Positions 9,637 through 20,000 of a DNA stretch of 58,781 nucleotides are shown here, one piece after another. A program made the position numbers and the translations under genes. A model generated the notes under the pieces. It ran no database searches. It had not been told where the DNA came from and saw only the letters and a program-made list of their open reading frames with translations. Origin of the DNA: a virus (lineage: Duplodnaviria; Heunggongvirae; Uroviricota; Caudoviricetes); the IMG/VR virus record IMGVR_UViG_2879469214_000007, positions 64,001-122,781 of that record; one strand, 5' to 3'. Position 1 is the first letter of the stretch. The number at the start of each line of letters is the position of its first letter.

Positions 9637-10296
9637 TTATTTATATATTATAACCCCATCGTTTACTTGCTCGATGTTTGGGAACATCGTCTTATATTTG
9701 AACACATGGGAAATCCCGAAACTATCTTTGCTTACGGCAACTGGCTTTAGGCTGTTTGATTCACTTACTCTCCACATGAATCTGAGTGTTGGTCGCTTAG
9801 CATTTACTGCCCTGTGGATATCCCTGCACCCGAATGTTGCTATTCGATTCCCCTCAAGCATTTGAGCCTGAATCCCAATATCATTGTGGTTAATAAATCT
9901 CACAAATTCCGACTGAGATGTTTCTGGTGTGAATTGCTCAATGATTAGTGGATTGCTGTTAAACTCCGTGTTGCAGTCTGTCCCGTTGAGAAGCAGATAG
10001 TTTGTATCATCGGAATTAAGCCCACTTGCATCCACATGCCAATCTCCCGCTGGTTTTACTTCTGAGCGAACAGAAGAAAATTCCGGTGTTAGGTATTGAA
10101 TCTGACTTGTGACCGATATATACTTCTTATCATTCTTTAGTGGAGTTACTCCCAGCAAACGCCTTACCAACTCCCCGCCATGTTTCCACGCATCTTCCGC
10201 AGAAATTTGAACCATGATTGGACTTCTCAATAATTCCGGCAAATCAGGTAGCTCAATATAATCCGTTAGCTTAGGAAATCCGTTGATTTCTAACAT
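9637..10296 (-). CDS. Fe(II)/2OG oxygenase-like paralog 1
   Basis: WHVDA ... IHR and LRFMWRVSESN; SD GAGGGAGG upstream. Confidence 0.72.
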   Translation of the reverse strand: MLEINGFPKLTDYIELPDLPELLRSPIMVQISAEDAWKHGGELVRRLLGVTPLKNDKKYISVTSQIQYLTPEFSSVRSEVKPAGDWHVDASGLNSDDTNYLLLNGTDCNTEFNSNPLIIEQFTPETSQSEFVRFINHNDIGIQAQMLEGNRIATFGCRDIHRAVNAKRPTLRFMWRVSESNSLKPVAVSKDSFGISHVFKYKTMFPNIEQVNDGVIIYK

Positions 10297-10348
10297 ATGT
10301 TTCCCTCCCTCTTGTTATATTATAAATGAATTATAACATCAGAAAATT

Positions 10349-10379
10349 AAAAAAGTCAAGGAGAGTGGTTCCTCCTTGA
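10349..10379 (-). terminator. Intrinsic terminator separating the fibre genes from the HxD/rSAM operon
   Basis: 8-bp stem TCAAGGAG/CTCCTTGA followed by a U-run on the minus strand. Confidence 0.7.
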
Positions 10380-10381
10380 GC

Positions 10382-11401
10382 TTATCCAACTTGAGTTGCG
10401 TATTTATTAGTTCCTACAGGAAGGACAAATGCTCCTGCTGTAATAGTTCCCCTTGCTGTTAAATTACCGTTTCTTACATTCATGTAAATTGCATTTTCAC
10501 CTTGCGGAATTGTTTGTCCTGAAATACTTGGAGCGAATCCAATACCATACCAACTGTGGAGCTTTAAATTTGCATCATTTGCAGTAGCCGCATCTGTTCC
10601 GCCTGTAATCCAAGAACCGCCATTTTTAACTTGCCTAGCACTTGCACTTGCTCCAACTTGGATACCAATACCAGCTACTCCACCCGCCGTATCCAAAATC
10701 AACGAGTTGCTTAATAAAGTTTGCTTATTGGCATAGTTCCTGAGATATGTGTTGTCGGTCATATACCAACCACCATCATATCCTGAGATGTAGTAACCCG
10801 TGTCGCTTCTTACCCATCCTGTCACATAGGCATCTCCGATTACATGTAGTTTCCATGCGGGAGTATTCGAACCAACGCCCAAATTACCATTAGATAGAAC
10901 CGTTAATAAGTGTGTTCCCTGAGCATAGTTTCCGTTAAACAACCTAAAACCTCTTGAGCCGCCTGTCGTATCAGAAACAAAGTGAAAGTTCTCACTAGCT
11001 GTTGCACTGGCTCCTATGCTGATACCTTGTACTGGGAACCTCGTATTCTTCTGGCTGTTCGTTGCGATTTCCAAATGGTCAACACCGGATGTATCAATTA
11101 AGCTGTAGGACTGGTTGTTGGCTTGGTTGATTGTAGTCAGATACAAGGATTCTGAACCGCTTGAGCTATAAATATCTAACTGTTGGTTATTTACACCGTC
11201 ATAGACTATCACCCGATTTCCCTGCGGGTCGATTCGTAAGTAAGCCGTATTCGCGTCATCAGTAAAGACTGAATTAGACAGGGTAAGCTTACCGCCATTA
11301 AGCTTTAAGTCGCCAGCAATAGACTGCTCTGCCGTGTCTAACTTAGAGAGAAAGGCATTGTTTAGGTTATTGGCACTAAGCAACTGTTTCTTTAAAATCA
11401 T
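10382..11401 (-). CDS. Tail fibre / receptor-binding protein
   Basis: GNLGVGSNTPAWKLHVIG fibre repeat and a GGWYMTDNTYLR segment (shufflon-PilV/fibre-like), in beta-rich sequence. Confidence 0.7.
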   Translation of the reverse strand: MILKKQLLSANNLNNAFLSKLDTAEQSIAGDLKLNGGKLTLSNSVFTDDANTAYLRIDPQGNRVIVYDGVNNQQLDIYSSSGSESLYLTTINQANNQSYSLIDTSGVDHLEIATNSQKNTRFPVQGISIGASATASENFHFVSDTTGGSRGFRLFNGNYAQGTHLLTVLSNGNLGVGSNTPAWKLHVIGDAYVTGWVRSDTGYYISGYDGGWYMTDNTYLRNYANKQTLLSNSLILDTAGGVAGIGIQVGASASARQVKNGGSWITGGTDAATANDANLKLHSWYGIGFAPSISGQTIPQGENAIYMNVRNGNLTARGTITAGAFVLPVGTNKYATQVG

Positions 11402-11431
11402 TTATCTTCTGTCCTTTCGTATAGCATTGTA

Positions 11432-12778
11432 TTAGTAGGTAATTTTATAGACCCCTTTTGGGAAGAAAGGAACGCCGCCCAAGTACCATGACAGTACCTC
11501 TTCCTGTGAGCGCACAGATTTATCAATCCTTACTTCATCAATAATTCCATTGCATGGCTTATATGCTATTGATGTCCCGTCACCACCTACAGATATTACA
11601 TTTCCAGCAATCGGTCCATTAAAACCATTTTCAAGGGTGTTAGTAGATGCCATTAGGATTCCGTTCTTAAATAGCTGGAATATACCGTTGCTCCATGTTA
11701 ATGTAATCATGGTCCATTCTTTCATCGGGTCCGAAGTGAAGAATTGCAATGGAACAACCATACTATCACCTCTAATCATAACTCTCACTAAAGTCGGTAA
11801 TTGTAAAATCATAAATGAGCAAATTCCGTTTACAATGCCAAACTCAAACAGCTTCTTCGAGTCGGTAATTCCTGTTGGCAAATCTGCCGATGATTTATAC
11901 CAAAAGTTAAGGGTTCCTTGAAGTGGATTAACACAGTCAGCAGGGTATTGTAGCTTACCCGATGCTCTTATGGATGGCGTAAACGATGTCGGGAATCCTT
12001 TTCTCTCGACTTGAACATTCCTCACCCAAGCAGTACCTTCTGCATCGTTTCTGTAGTAGTGACCATAGATATACAGAAAGCACCATGAGGAAGGATTCCA
12101 GCTACCATTATTAATATCAATCGTAAAGGTCTGACTTATCCTTTCCCAACGATTTGGTAGTTCGCAAAGCTTAGCAGGGGATAGGCAACCAAAGAAATCA
12201 GCTTCATTATTTTCGTTCTGGTGATAAAGCCCAAAGGCGATTCCCTTATCGGTATTACTCACCATAACATCCATTGATACCGTGACCTTCGTTCCATCTG
12301 CCCATCCAATATCGTAAATATTGGTAGTAAATTGTTGCGTCGCCGCCATCCATCTATGTTTCAGCCCATATGCTCCGTTTAAGTCAGAAAGCTCAAGAAC
12401 TGGAAAGTCAAACTTATCGGTGTTGACATGCGCATGGTATCCTACATTTGCTGATGCATCCCAATCACTGTAGCAATACCAGTCGTTAAGTTGAGTTGTT
12501 CCATTTAGCTCAATGTCCCATCCGGGTGTGTATGAATGAGAAAGATTTACCATCTCTCCATCCCTAACTAAATTAGTGGTACCTTCTTCTACCGCAACAC
12601 CTCCGCCGAATTTACCCTCATATTGTCGCAAAGTAAATACAGAGTCATCCATCGCATGAATACCAGACAACACTTCTTTTTCCGTGATATCATAGTGGGC
12701 TAGGAAAGATGTATCTTCACCTATTCTTTTCATTTGCCCTGTATTGATTAATTTTGAACCCTTGTGTGCTTGTGACAC
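11432..12778 (-). CDS. Tail-associated protein with carbohydrate-binding and LamG/ConA-like domains
   Basis: GKFGGGVAVEEGTTNL linker and a C-terminal LamG pattern (WTMITLTWS..NGIIDEVRI); paralog of 12795..13973. Confidence 0.75.
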   Translation of the reverse strand: MSQAHKGSKLINTGQMKRIGEDTSFLAHYDITEKEVLSGIHAMDDSVFTLRQYEGKFGGGVAVEEGTTNLVRDGEMVNLSHSYTPGWDIELNGTTQLNDWYCYSDWDASANVGYHAHVNTDKFDFPVLELSDLNGAYGLKHRWMAATQQFTTNIYDIGWADGTKVTVSMDVMVSNTDKGIAFGLYHQNENNEADFFGCLSPAKLCELPNRWERISQTFTIDINNGSWNPSSWCFLYIYGHYYRNDAEGTAWVRNVQVERKGFPTSFTPSIRASGKLQYPADCVNPLQGTLNFWYKSSADLPTGITDSKKLFEFGIVNGICSFMILQLPTLVRVMIRGDSMVVPLQFFTSDPMKEWTMITLTWSNGIFQLFKNGILMASTNTLENGFNGPIAGNVISVGGDGTSIAYKPCNGIIDEVRIDKSVRSQEEVLSWYLGGVPFFPKGVYKITY

Positions 12779-12794
12779 CTACTCACATCCTTTC

Positions 12795-13973
12795 TTAATA
12801 TGCATAACCTCTGTAGTCATAGGGATTATAAAATGGTGTCCCAGCTATAAACCAAGAGGAAACTTCATCACTTGATACAGAATTAGGAAGGATGGTTAAT
12901 TCATCTATTAGTGCATTTGAAACCCCATACTTTCCTGAACCTATAGTTACATTTGCGCCAAGAGGGTCGGAAGCTGGTACCCAAGAAGTTTCTGATACCT
13001 TTACTCCGTCAACATATTGAAACATTTTGTTTCCGTCATAAGTGATTGTATACATATACCATTTACCCAGCTCTGGAATATGGCTAGACCTTATCTCGCT
13101 AACCCCAAGCGGTCCATTGCTAAAATATGTGAGCTTTTTTCCATTTGGCATAGTGTCTAGCATCCACAGGAATCTATTTGCGCTTCCATAGTTACATTCA
13201 AATAGTGGGTTATATGAATCATTTAGCTTTTTCCATTTTACCCACATGGTAATCGTAAATGATTTTGGATTGAAGATTTCTGTTGGGTAGGTTATCTTTC
13301 CTTGTTCTCTCGTAGTTCCTTTCGGAATGTAACTGGTTGATATCGTATTCTTCTCAGCTTGCTTATTTCTGAAATAGATTACATCCCCATCCTTTGCCCC
13401 ACCAAGATTTTTCAGGTAATAATTGCAGGCAAGACGACCAGTACCAGCGGGAGCGGGTATTGAATTGATTTCCCACCTGTTCCCACCTACCTCCACCAGT
13501 CTTAATTCAGGGATTTCAGTCCCGCCCGAAACTACCGGAACGATATCTTTGTTTGTTGAATAAAAATCCAGAGACATAGAATAATATGTGACAGTGCTTT
13601 CTTTAGTGATAGTATACGAAGCAATTCCAGCAACATAATCACCGATGGGATTTACTGTATTTATCGTTGTTTTAAACCATCCTGAGAATGGACCATCTGT
13701 TTCTGTTACCGTAGTGATATTTCCCGAGCCGCTTCTAACTATCCCATTTTCTACTACATTAAGATTAGTCGTACCATCCTCAATCAAAACAGCCCCGCCG
13801 TACCTACCTTCTTTCTCACGCATAGAATAGATATTGTTTCCCAGCGGCTCAACTAAGTCTCCTTGTCTTATTCCAATGGCATCTTCGTTAAAGTTAAAAT
13901 GTGTTGACTCAAAGGGCACCGCATATATAGCGTCTTTTATTAGCAGTCTACTACCCTTATGTGCTTGAGACAT
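12795..13973 (-). CDS. Tail-associated LamG/ConA-like protein
   Basis: The start was reassigned to ATG 13973 (MSQAHKGS, same N-terminus as the paralog). Contains GRYGGAVLIEDGTTNL and WYMYTITYDG..NALIDEL. Confidence 0.75.
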   Translation of the reverse strand: MSQAHKGSRLLIKDAIYAVPFESTHFNFNEDAIGIRQGDLVEPLGNNIYSMREKEGRYGGAVLIEDGTTNLNVVENGIVRSGSGNITTVTETDGPFSGWFKTTINTVNPIGDYVAGIASYTITKESTVTYYSMSLDFYSTNKDIVPVVSGGTEIPELRLVEVGGNRWEINSIPAPAGTGRLACNYYLKNLGGAKDGDVIYFRNKQAEKNTISTSYIPKGTTREQGKITYPTEIFNPKSFTITMWVKWKKLNDSYNPLFECNYGSANRFLWMLDTMPNGKKLTYFSNGPLGVSEIRSSHIPELGKWYMYTITYDGNKMFQYVDGVKVSETSWVPASDPLGANVTIGSGKYGVSNALIDELTILPNSVSSDEVSSWFIAGTPFYNPYDYRGYAY

Positions 13974-14048
13974 ATTTCTCTCTCCTTTCATAAATAAAAA
14001 CCCGCAATATAATATAATTATCTTATACATATACTGCGGGGTTAGCCA

Positions 14049-17000
14049 TTAGTATGCTGTTATTACTGCGTCAATTATTATATTTACATCTGATATATCA
14101 TCTATATTCAGTATAATTGAATTATCCGTTTTACCCGTCCAATAAATATGACGATTGGGGCTATTTGATGACCAAGTAATAGCATATCTCGGCAAATTAA
14201 AGTTATGCTCCCATGCGATTGCAGTGCTACCAGCAGGGATTGTTATCGAACGAGCAAATGTACCCTTGAGTGGAGCTGAGACAGTAACCGTATTCGCCAC
14301 ATTGGGTCCAATTGTGTCGGTCTTAATTCCAGAGCGATAACGCATTGACTTGTTGTAATTATCATATAAAACTGGCTTCATTTCTCTGATGTCAGTGATA
14401 TTTGATTGAAGTATACTTCCTACATTCTTTCCTACCCTGATTGTAGCAAGCTTAATACTTCCCGGCACAATGAATGGCTCTAAAGGATTCGGAGCTGGTG
14501 TGCCTGTGGCTACTCCAATAGTTCCCTCTAGGCTAGTGCCATAGCCTACACCCCTAATGAATATGACATCAATCCTGTCGTATGTTGCACTAGAAGTTGT
14601 GAGGGCTACACTGCCACCTGTATACCAGATGCTTCTTCCGGCTGAGGTGTAGAATGTACCAGCACCTACCTGAACGGTCATATTAGGAACTGCTTGAGCA
14701 GTCACCATTAGTGAGTTATCCTCAAGAACACCGTAGCCGCCAAAATCTAATAGAGCATTATTCTTAACGAAATCAGTATCCTTGTAGCCATTCAGCTTCT
14801 CTGCATTAAGATTAGTAACAAGGCTCGCACTAGATACAGCCAACCTATAAATTGATACTGTCCCAGCAAAAGTTGCTCCTCCGTTGGCATCAAGATAGGT
14901 ATTTACCCCTGTTAACTTGCCAGTGTTTCCTGCATCAAGCTGTATGCGGTTTTCCCCAGTCGAATTTCTCACAACAACCTGACCAGCATTTCCGGCAGTT
15001 GTTGAGCCAACCCATAGGTCGCCATCGCCACCTATTGTGAAGTTACCGCTTGCCATTGCTCCAGCAGGGAGCTTGCTTAAGTCAACATTAACACCCGTAG
15101 GGTCAAGGTTTCCTTTGTGCCACAGTTCTTTAGCTGTCCAGTTTACACTGGTTCCGCCAGCCGGAGCTGACACATAAGAAATGCCGCCGTTTTGTCCAAT
15201 CTTAATTCCGTAAGCGGGTTTGTCGGCGCTATCCTTGCCAAAGCTTGAGCCAAGCCAGAATGCATTCGTAGTTAGATATATGCCGTCTCCGTTGACAAAG
15301 TTCACCCTACCGAATGGACCGGAGCCAGCTCCATCAAGCTCGAAGTTACTGCCACCAATGACAAAATCTCTATACGCCGTGCTTGTCTGCATCAATTCCC
15401 AGCCGCCATAAGTTGCATATGGACCAATTAGCTTTTCAGAACTTGGAACTGCTCTCCACAAGGTTACTCCCGGCATCTCTTCAAACACCATGTTGTTATA
15501 GCTCTGCATTTGATATCCAAAGGCGTACTTGGTTAAATCAATTCTGTAGAAGCTATTGCCGCTATAATAGGCGTTTATCATCATCCATAGGTCGCCATCA
15601 ATCTGTTGTATTGATGAAAGCTGTCCGTTAGTTGGGTTTGAGAATTGGATGTTGCCAGTGATTAGAGGGTTTCCACCAATGGTAGCTCCACCACCGCCAC
15701 CACCGCCGCCTGACACGGAAGCAATGAGGTTGTCCACCTGACTCTTGTCATAATAGTTCGACTTGAGATACGGTACGGCAACAATTACATTGTCGCTCAT
15801 TGCATCGCCTGTCACTGAACTAATTGAATCAAGAATCATCTTGTTTGCGTGATTGTGCGTAGGGTATTTCAGGTTAAGCTTGTGTTCCTCAATTCTTGCG
15901 TAAGGGCTGATGTGGTAATCCATAACAGCATGAGGTAAGATTTTCGGTCCTCTTACCGCACCGTTCGCAAGGTGTTGAGTTTGAATACCTGTATTGCCCG
16001 GCTGGTTAGCATCCCAGTTTTGAATCTTGTTAGACGGGATACTATCAATTGACTCTGACCTTCTCCAATTCGTGTGAAGCTTACCTGTCTCGAAGATTGT
16101 TGATGTTACATATGCGACACCTCTTTCTTCCGATACGCCATTGGCACTCAGCTCTGCTTTCACACGGAAACGGTACTTAAGCGGTACGCTCTTATCCGGC
16201 AATCCTGTATCTGGATTTTTCCTTGGGGTATCGTATGCACCCTCAGTGGATTGTCGACCTTTACCTTCGTACCATTTTGACTGTTCAGCAACAATTTTCT
16301 TACGAGAATAGCTGGAAACAGTTTGGTTTGTTGTAAGCAAAGAGTTTCTTGCATAGAACTGGTAGTCTTCAATCCTGAATCGGTCAAGTGAGATTTTACC
16401 GCTGACTTGCCTAATAATCGCTCTGTGCTTACCCGCTTTTACACCAGTAGATGCATCCGCCTTTATGTTCTCCGAAGGATTCCATGTCATGATATGACGG
16501 TGAGCAATTTTATTCAGATAAGGAGCATCTAGGGACAAGAAGTGGTCGCCGCCCATGGAAGGCATTTCAACTTTTAGTCGTCCGAATTGTGGTCCTACAA
16601 GGTAAGTCATGTACCACCATGAAGTAAACTCGATTTGAGCGTCATAGGCAACATAAGCATCTTGGATGTCTGTTGTAACTACACATCTTCCGTTCGTCGC
16701 CATTTGTTGACCAGCCATCTCAGAGCCTTCCGGGTAGAAATAATCGTATTCAACTTCCCAGTCTCCGAAGGCTTCAATTTCAATCCAGTGGTTTGCATCA
16801 TTTGCTGTGCTACCGTTACTACTATCCCTGATGTATCGAACTGGTCTAGGGTCAAACATGAACATCATTGGCATTCCCATAGGGTCTTCTGCGTACTCGC
16901 CTTCGATGGCACTATCAAAAACCACATCCCAATTTGTTCCATCCTCAGAAACCTCTAGCTTGGTTTCATGGTATGTCCTTCCATCTGTGTAATAGCGAAG

Positions 17001-20000
17001 TACATGAACCATACCAATCATGTAAGTTTTTCCAAGGTCTAGGGTTATCGAAGCTGGACCCGAACCGGCATCAAAGTATAAATAGTCTGGACTAGTTATA
17101 CCATCGACAATCCTTGTGATATCATCAGGACTATTATCTCCTTCATGTCCGCGATACCAAGTATTTGTACCACCTGACAATGTGATTTGAGAACCCGGAA
17201 TCTTAAGTGCTCTGTTCGTCATCATACTGTATTCAAGACCCGGATATTGTTCATTTATGCCATCTTCAACCGGGGTGAATGCAGATGTCTGCTGGTTATC
17301 GAAGATAATAAATTTAGGAACAAATTCATCAATCTCAAAAGTCGTGTCGAAATTTGGCGACGAGCCATTTTCAGTTGCCACAATCAATGAGCCGTTGTGC
17401 GGTTTAAAATACAGGTCATTTCTTGCTGTGTAGCTAGCTACTACAAATCCGCTCTCTGGAACAATACCCTCTTTGAACTTAACCAATGCATCAGTTCCAT
17501 AAGTAACCGTGTAATCATTTTCATTTGGGGTGATGATATTCACTGCCCCTCCTGAGATTGGCACCTCTACCTTGAACACAGGTTTTGGCGTAGGCAACCA
17601 AGGAGTCTGCGGTTGGAATTGCTTGTTTTCAGCGTCCAGTGGCATTAGCTTTTCATCGTGTGCTTCTACAAGGTTATTACCATTTGAGTAGTTTGTAACC
17701 GTGTAAATGTCCTGTTCAATTTGAGCATACTGATAATCTCTTCCTGAAAGAGCTAGCCTTACATAACCACCCTCGTTCAAGAACGGTTCGTTGATTCTGA
17801 ACTCGATTGTTGAATAAGACCTAATGACTCCGTTTGAATCATAAATCCAGTCGCTTCTGTCTGGTATCCAAAACTCTGCCCCCTGTAAGCTGATTCCGCC
17901 CTCCAAGCCAAGGAATGCGTCTCCGATATATGGACCGCTTGGGTAAACAAACGATAAATCACCGGAACCTCCGTGGTTCACTACATAAAAGCTGGATTTG
18001 TCATTAGAGAAGCAAATTCCTTTAGGGTTCGGACCAACATTAATTGTTGTGAAGGTTTCTGTTGCCGTATCAATTTTGGCTACTTGGCTTTGCGCACTAA
18101 TCAATGCATAAAGTAAGCCGTCACCACCGTCTACCATTTTTGAAGGCTTAGAACCTACTTCGATGGTACGGATATTGAATGTTGGTAAGTCTCTCATTGG
18201 AAAGAACGGATAATCACCATAAGGAATATCGCCCAACAGACCTTTGTAATACTCTCTGTCAGCCACGATTTCATTGATAATGTCTTGCTCGTTAATCACT
18301 GCAATTTTCCCTGCACCTTGAAGGGAAACAAACACTTTTCCATCCTTAACAGTTACATAGTCAGGAGCATTACCAATTGGGATTCTGTAGCGAACATAGT
18401 TAGTCGTTGGTCCGCCGCCTTCCATCAGCATTGCAGTTTTAGGGCTACCGTCATTCATTCCTGTCATGTCATGGTTTCCAGTATCTCCGTGGTCCATGCC
18501 GCCATGGTCCATGTCCATATCCATCATCGTGGTCATGGTTGAGTCTGTTGCCGTTGCCATGCTCATTGTGTGACCAGTGTGACCACCGCCACCAGTTACA
18601 ACTTCAATCGGAGGGGTCATATCGGACATGCTTCCCATGTTTCCTTGAGAGTGCAATCCTGTCATATCGTTGTATGGAGCTTTACCGTGCTTATCAATAA
18701 CCAGCAACTCATTGTTTTTGAAGTCACATACATACAGTGTATCAGGGTCGCTTGAGAGAGCTATGCCGTGTGGTTCGTATTGCTTAAGAGAACCTGTCGG
18801 TTGACCATATCCAGAGTGCATATGGTGTGCGTGTTCAGATGATTCAGTAGAACCGCCTGATTTTGCGCTTTGGTCATATGCCGCCGAAGAGTCACCACCA
18901 ACTGCCGCGCCTAATCCGAATACACCTGATAATCCACCGTGGTAATTGTCTGTCATGTACGCCGAAATTGGAATGTTCCCAATTACTTTCCAGTATCTTG
19001 AGTTGTGATTAGACACATCGACAACAGCAATATCACCTTGCCCTGCTTGTGTGATGTAGACCTTAAGTGAGTCATCAAGAACCATATCATAAGGAGTGTT
19101 GCCGACTTCCCACCAGTGGTGAACATAAAGGTCGTCATCAACCGAAGCTGGCGGAGCGTCAACCACGATAACTGAATCGGGGATGTTTGTATCCGAAGGG
19201 TCATTGTTGATTACGAAAAAGTGCTTCATGTCATGGAGCTTATCACCTGAGTAAAGCATGTTGCCCGGACCCACGCCCATAGCAAGTGATTCACCAGTTA
19301 GCGTAAAGTTTTTCAGGTCTACTTGAACGAATGAGTTATCACCTTGTACTGTGACATACGCGAATGTTCCGTCTGTGTCAATTGCGAAATCAACTGGCTT
19401 TTTAGCAGGGATAGCAAGTGTTGCTAACCTCTGTCCTGTAACCGCGTCCATTTTCCAAACTTCATGTGCTCCCGGCATATTTGAAATATTACCAAGGATG
19501 GCTTCACCAGCCTGATTATCTCGTTTCATGCCATAAGCAGAAGAAGCTGTAAGGAATAGACCGTTACCAATCAAGTTGTCAGACTGTATTACGCCGACAT
19601 CCAGACCATCTACTCGAACATAACCGCCCCCGATTAGGACTTGTCCAGTTTGGCTATTGTACACATTAATCAGATTAGCATCTAAGCCTTTAGCCGAAAT
19701 GTGCTCAGCAGAGATGGAGCCAGAACGAATTTTTTCACTCGTGATGGTTTCCGCCGCAATCTTCTCACCTGTAATTGCACCAGCCGCGATTTTGGTTGCG
19801 GTAACTGCACCAGCCCTCAGATTGTTTGTGTCAATCGTATTCACAGCTATTTTGTCACCTGTAATAGTGCTACCTGAAATCATGGAGCCGACAATAGACT
19901 CTGCCGCGATAACACTTGCGCTCAGATATCCAGTCGTAATCTTACCAGCGTCCAAGTCTTTCACTTTTGCATTCGTAATCGAAGCATCCGCAATCAGAGC

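Noticed and set aside
10382-14049. Shufflon or diversity-generating retroelement acting on the fibre genes
   Set aside because: No reverse transcriptase, template/variable repeat pair, or inverted crossover repeats were seen; only protein-level similarity is present.
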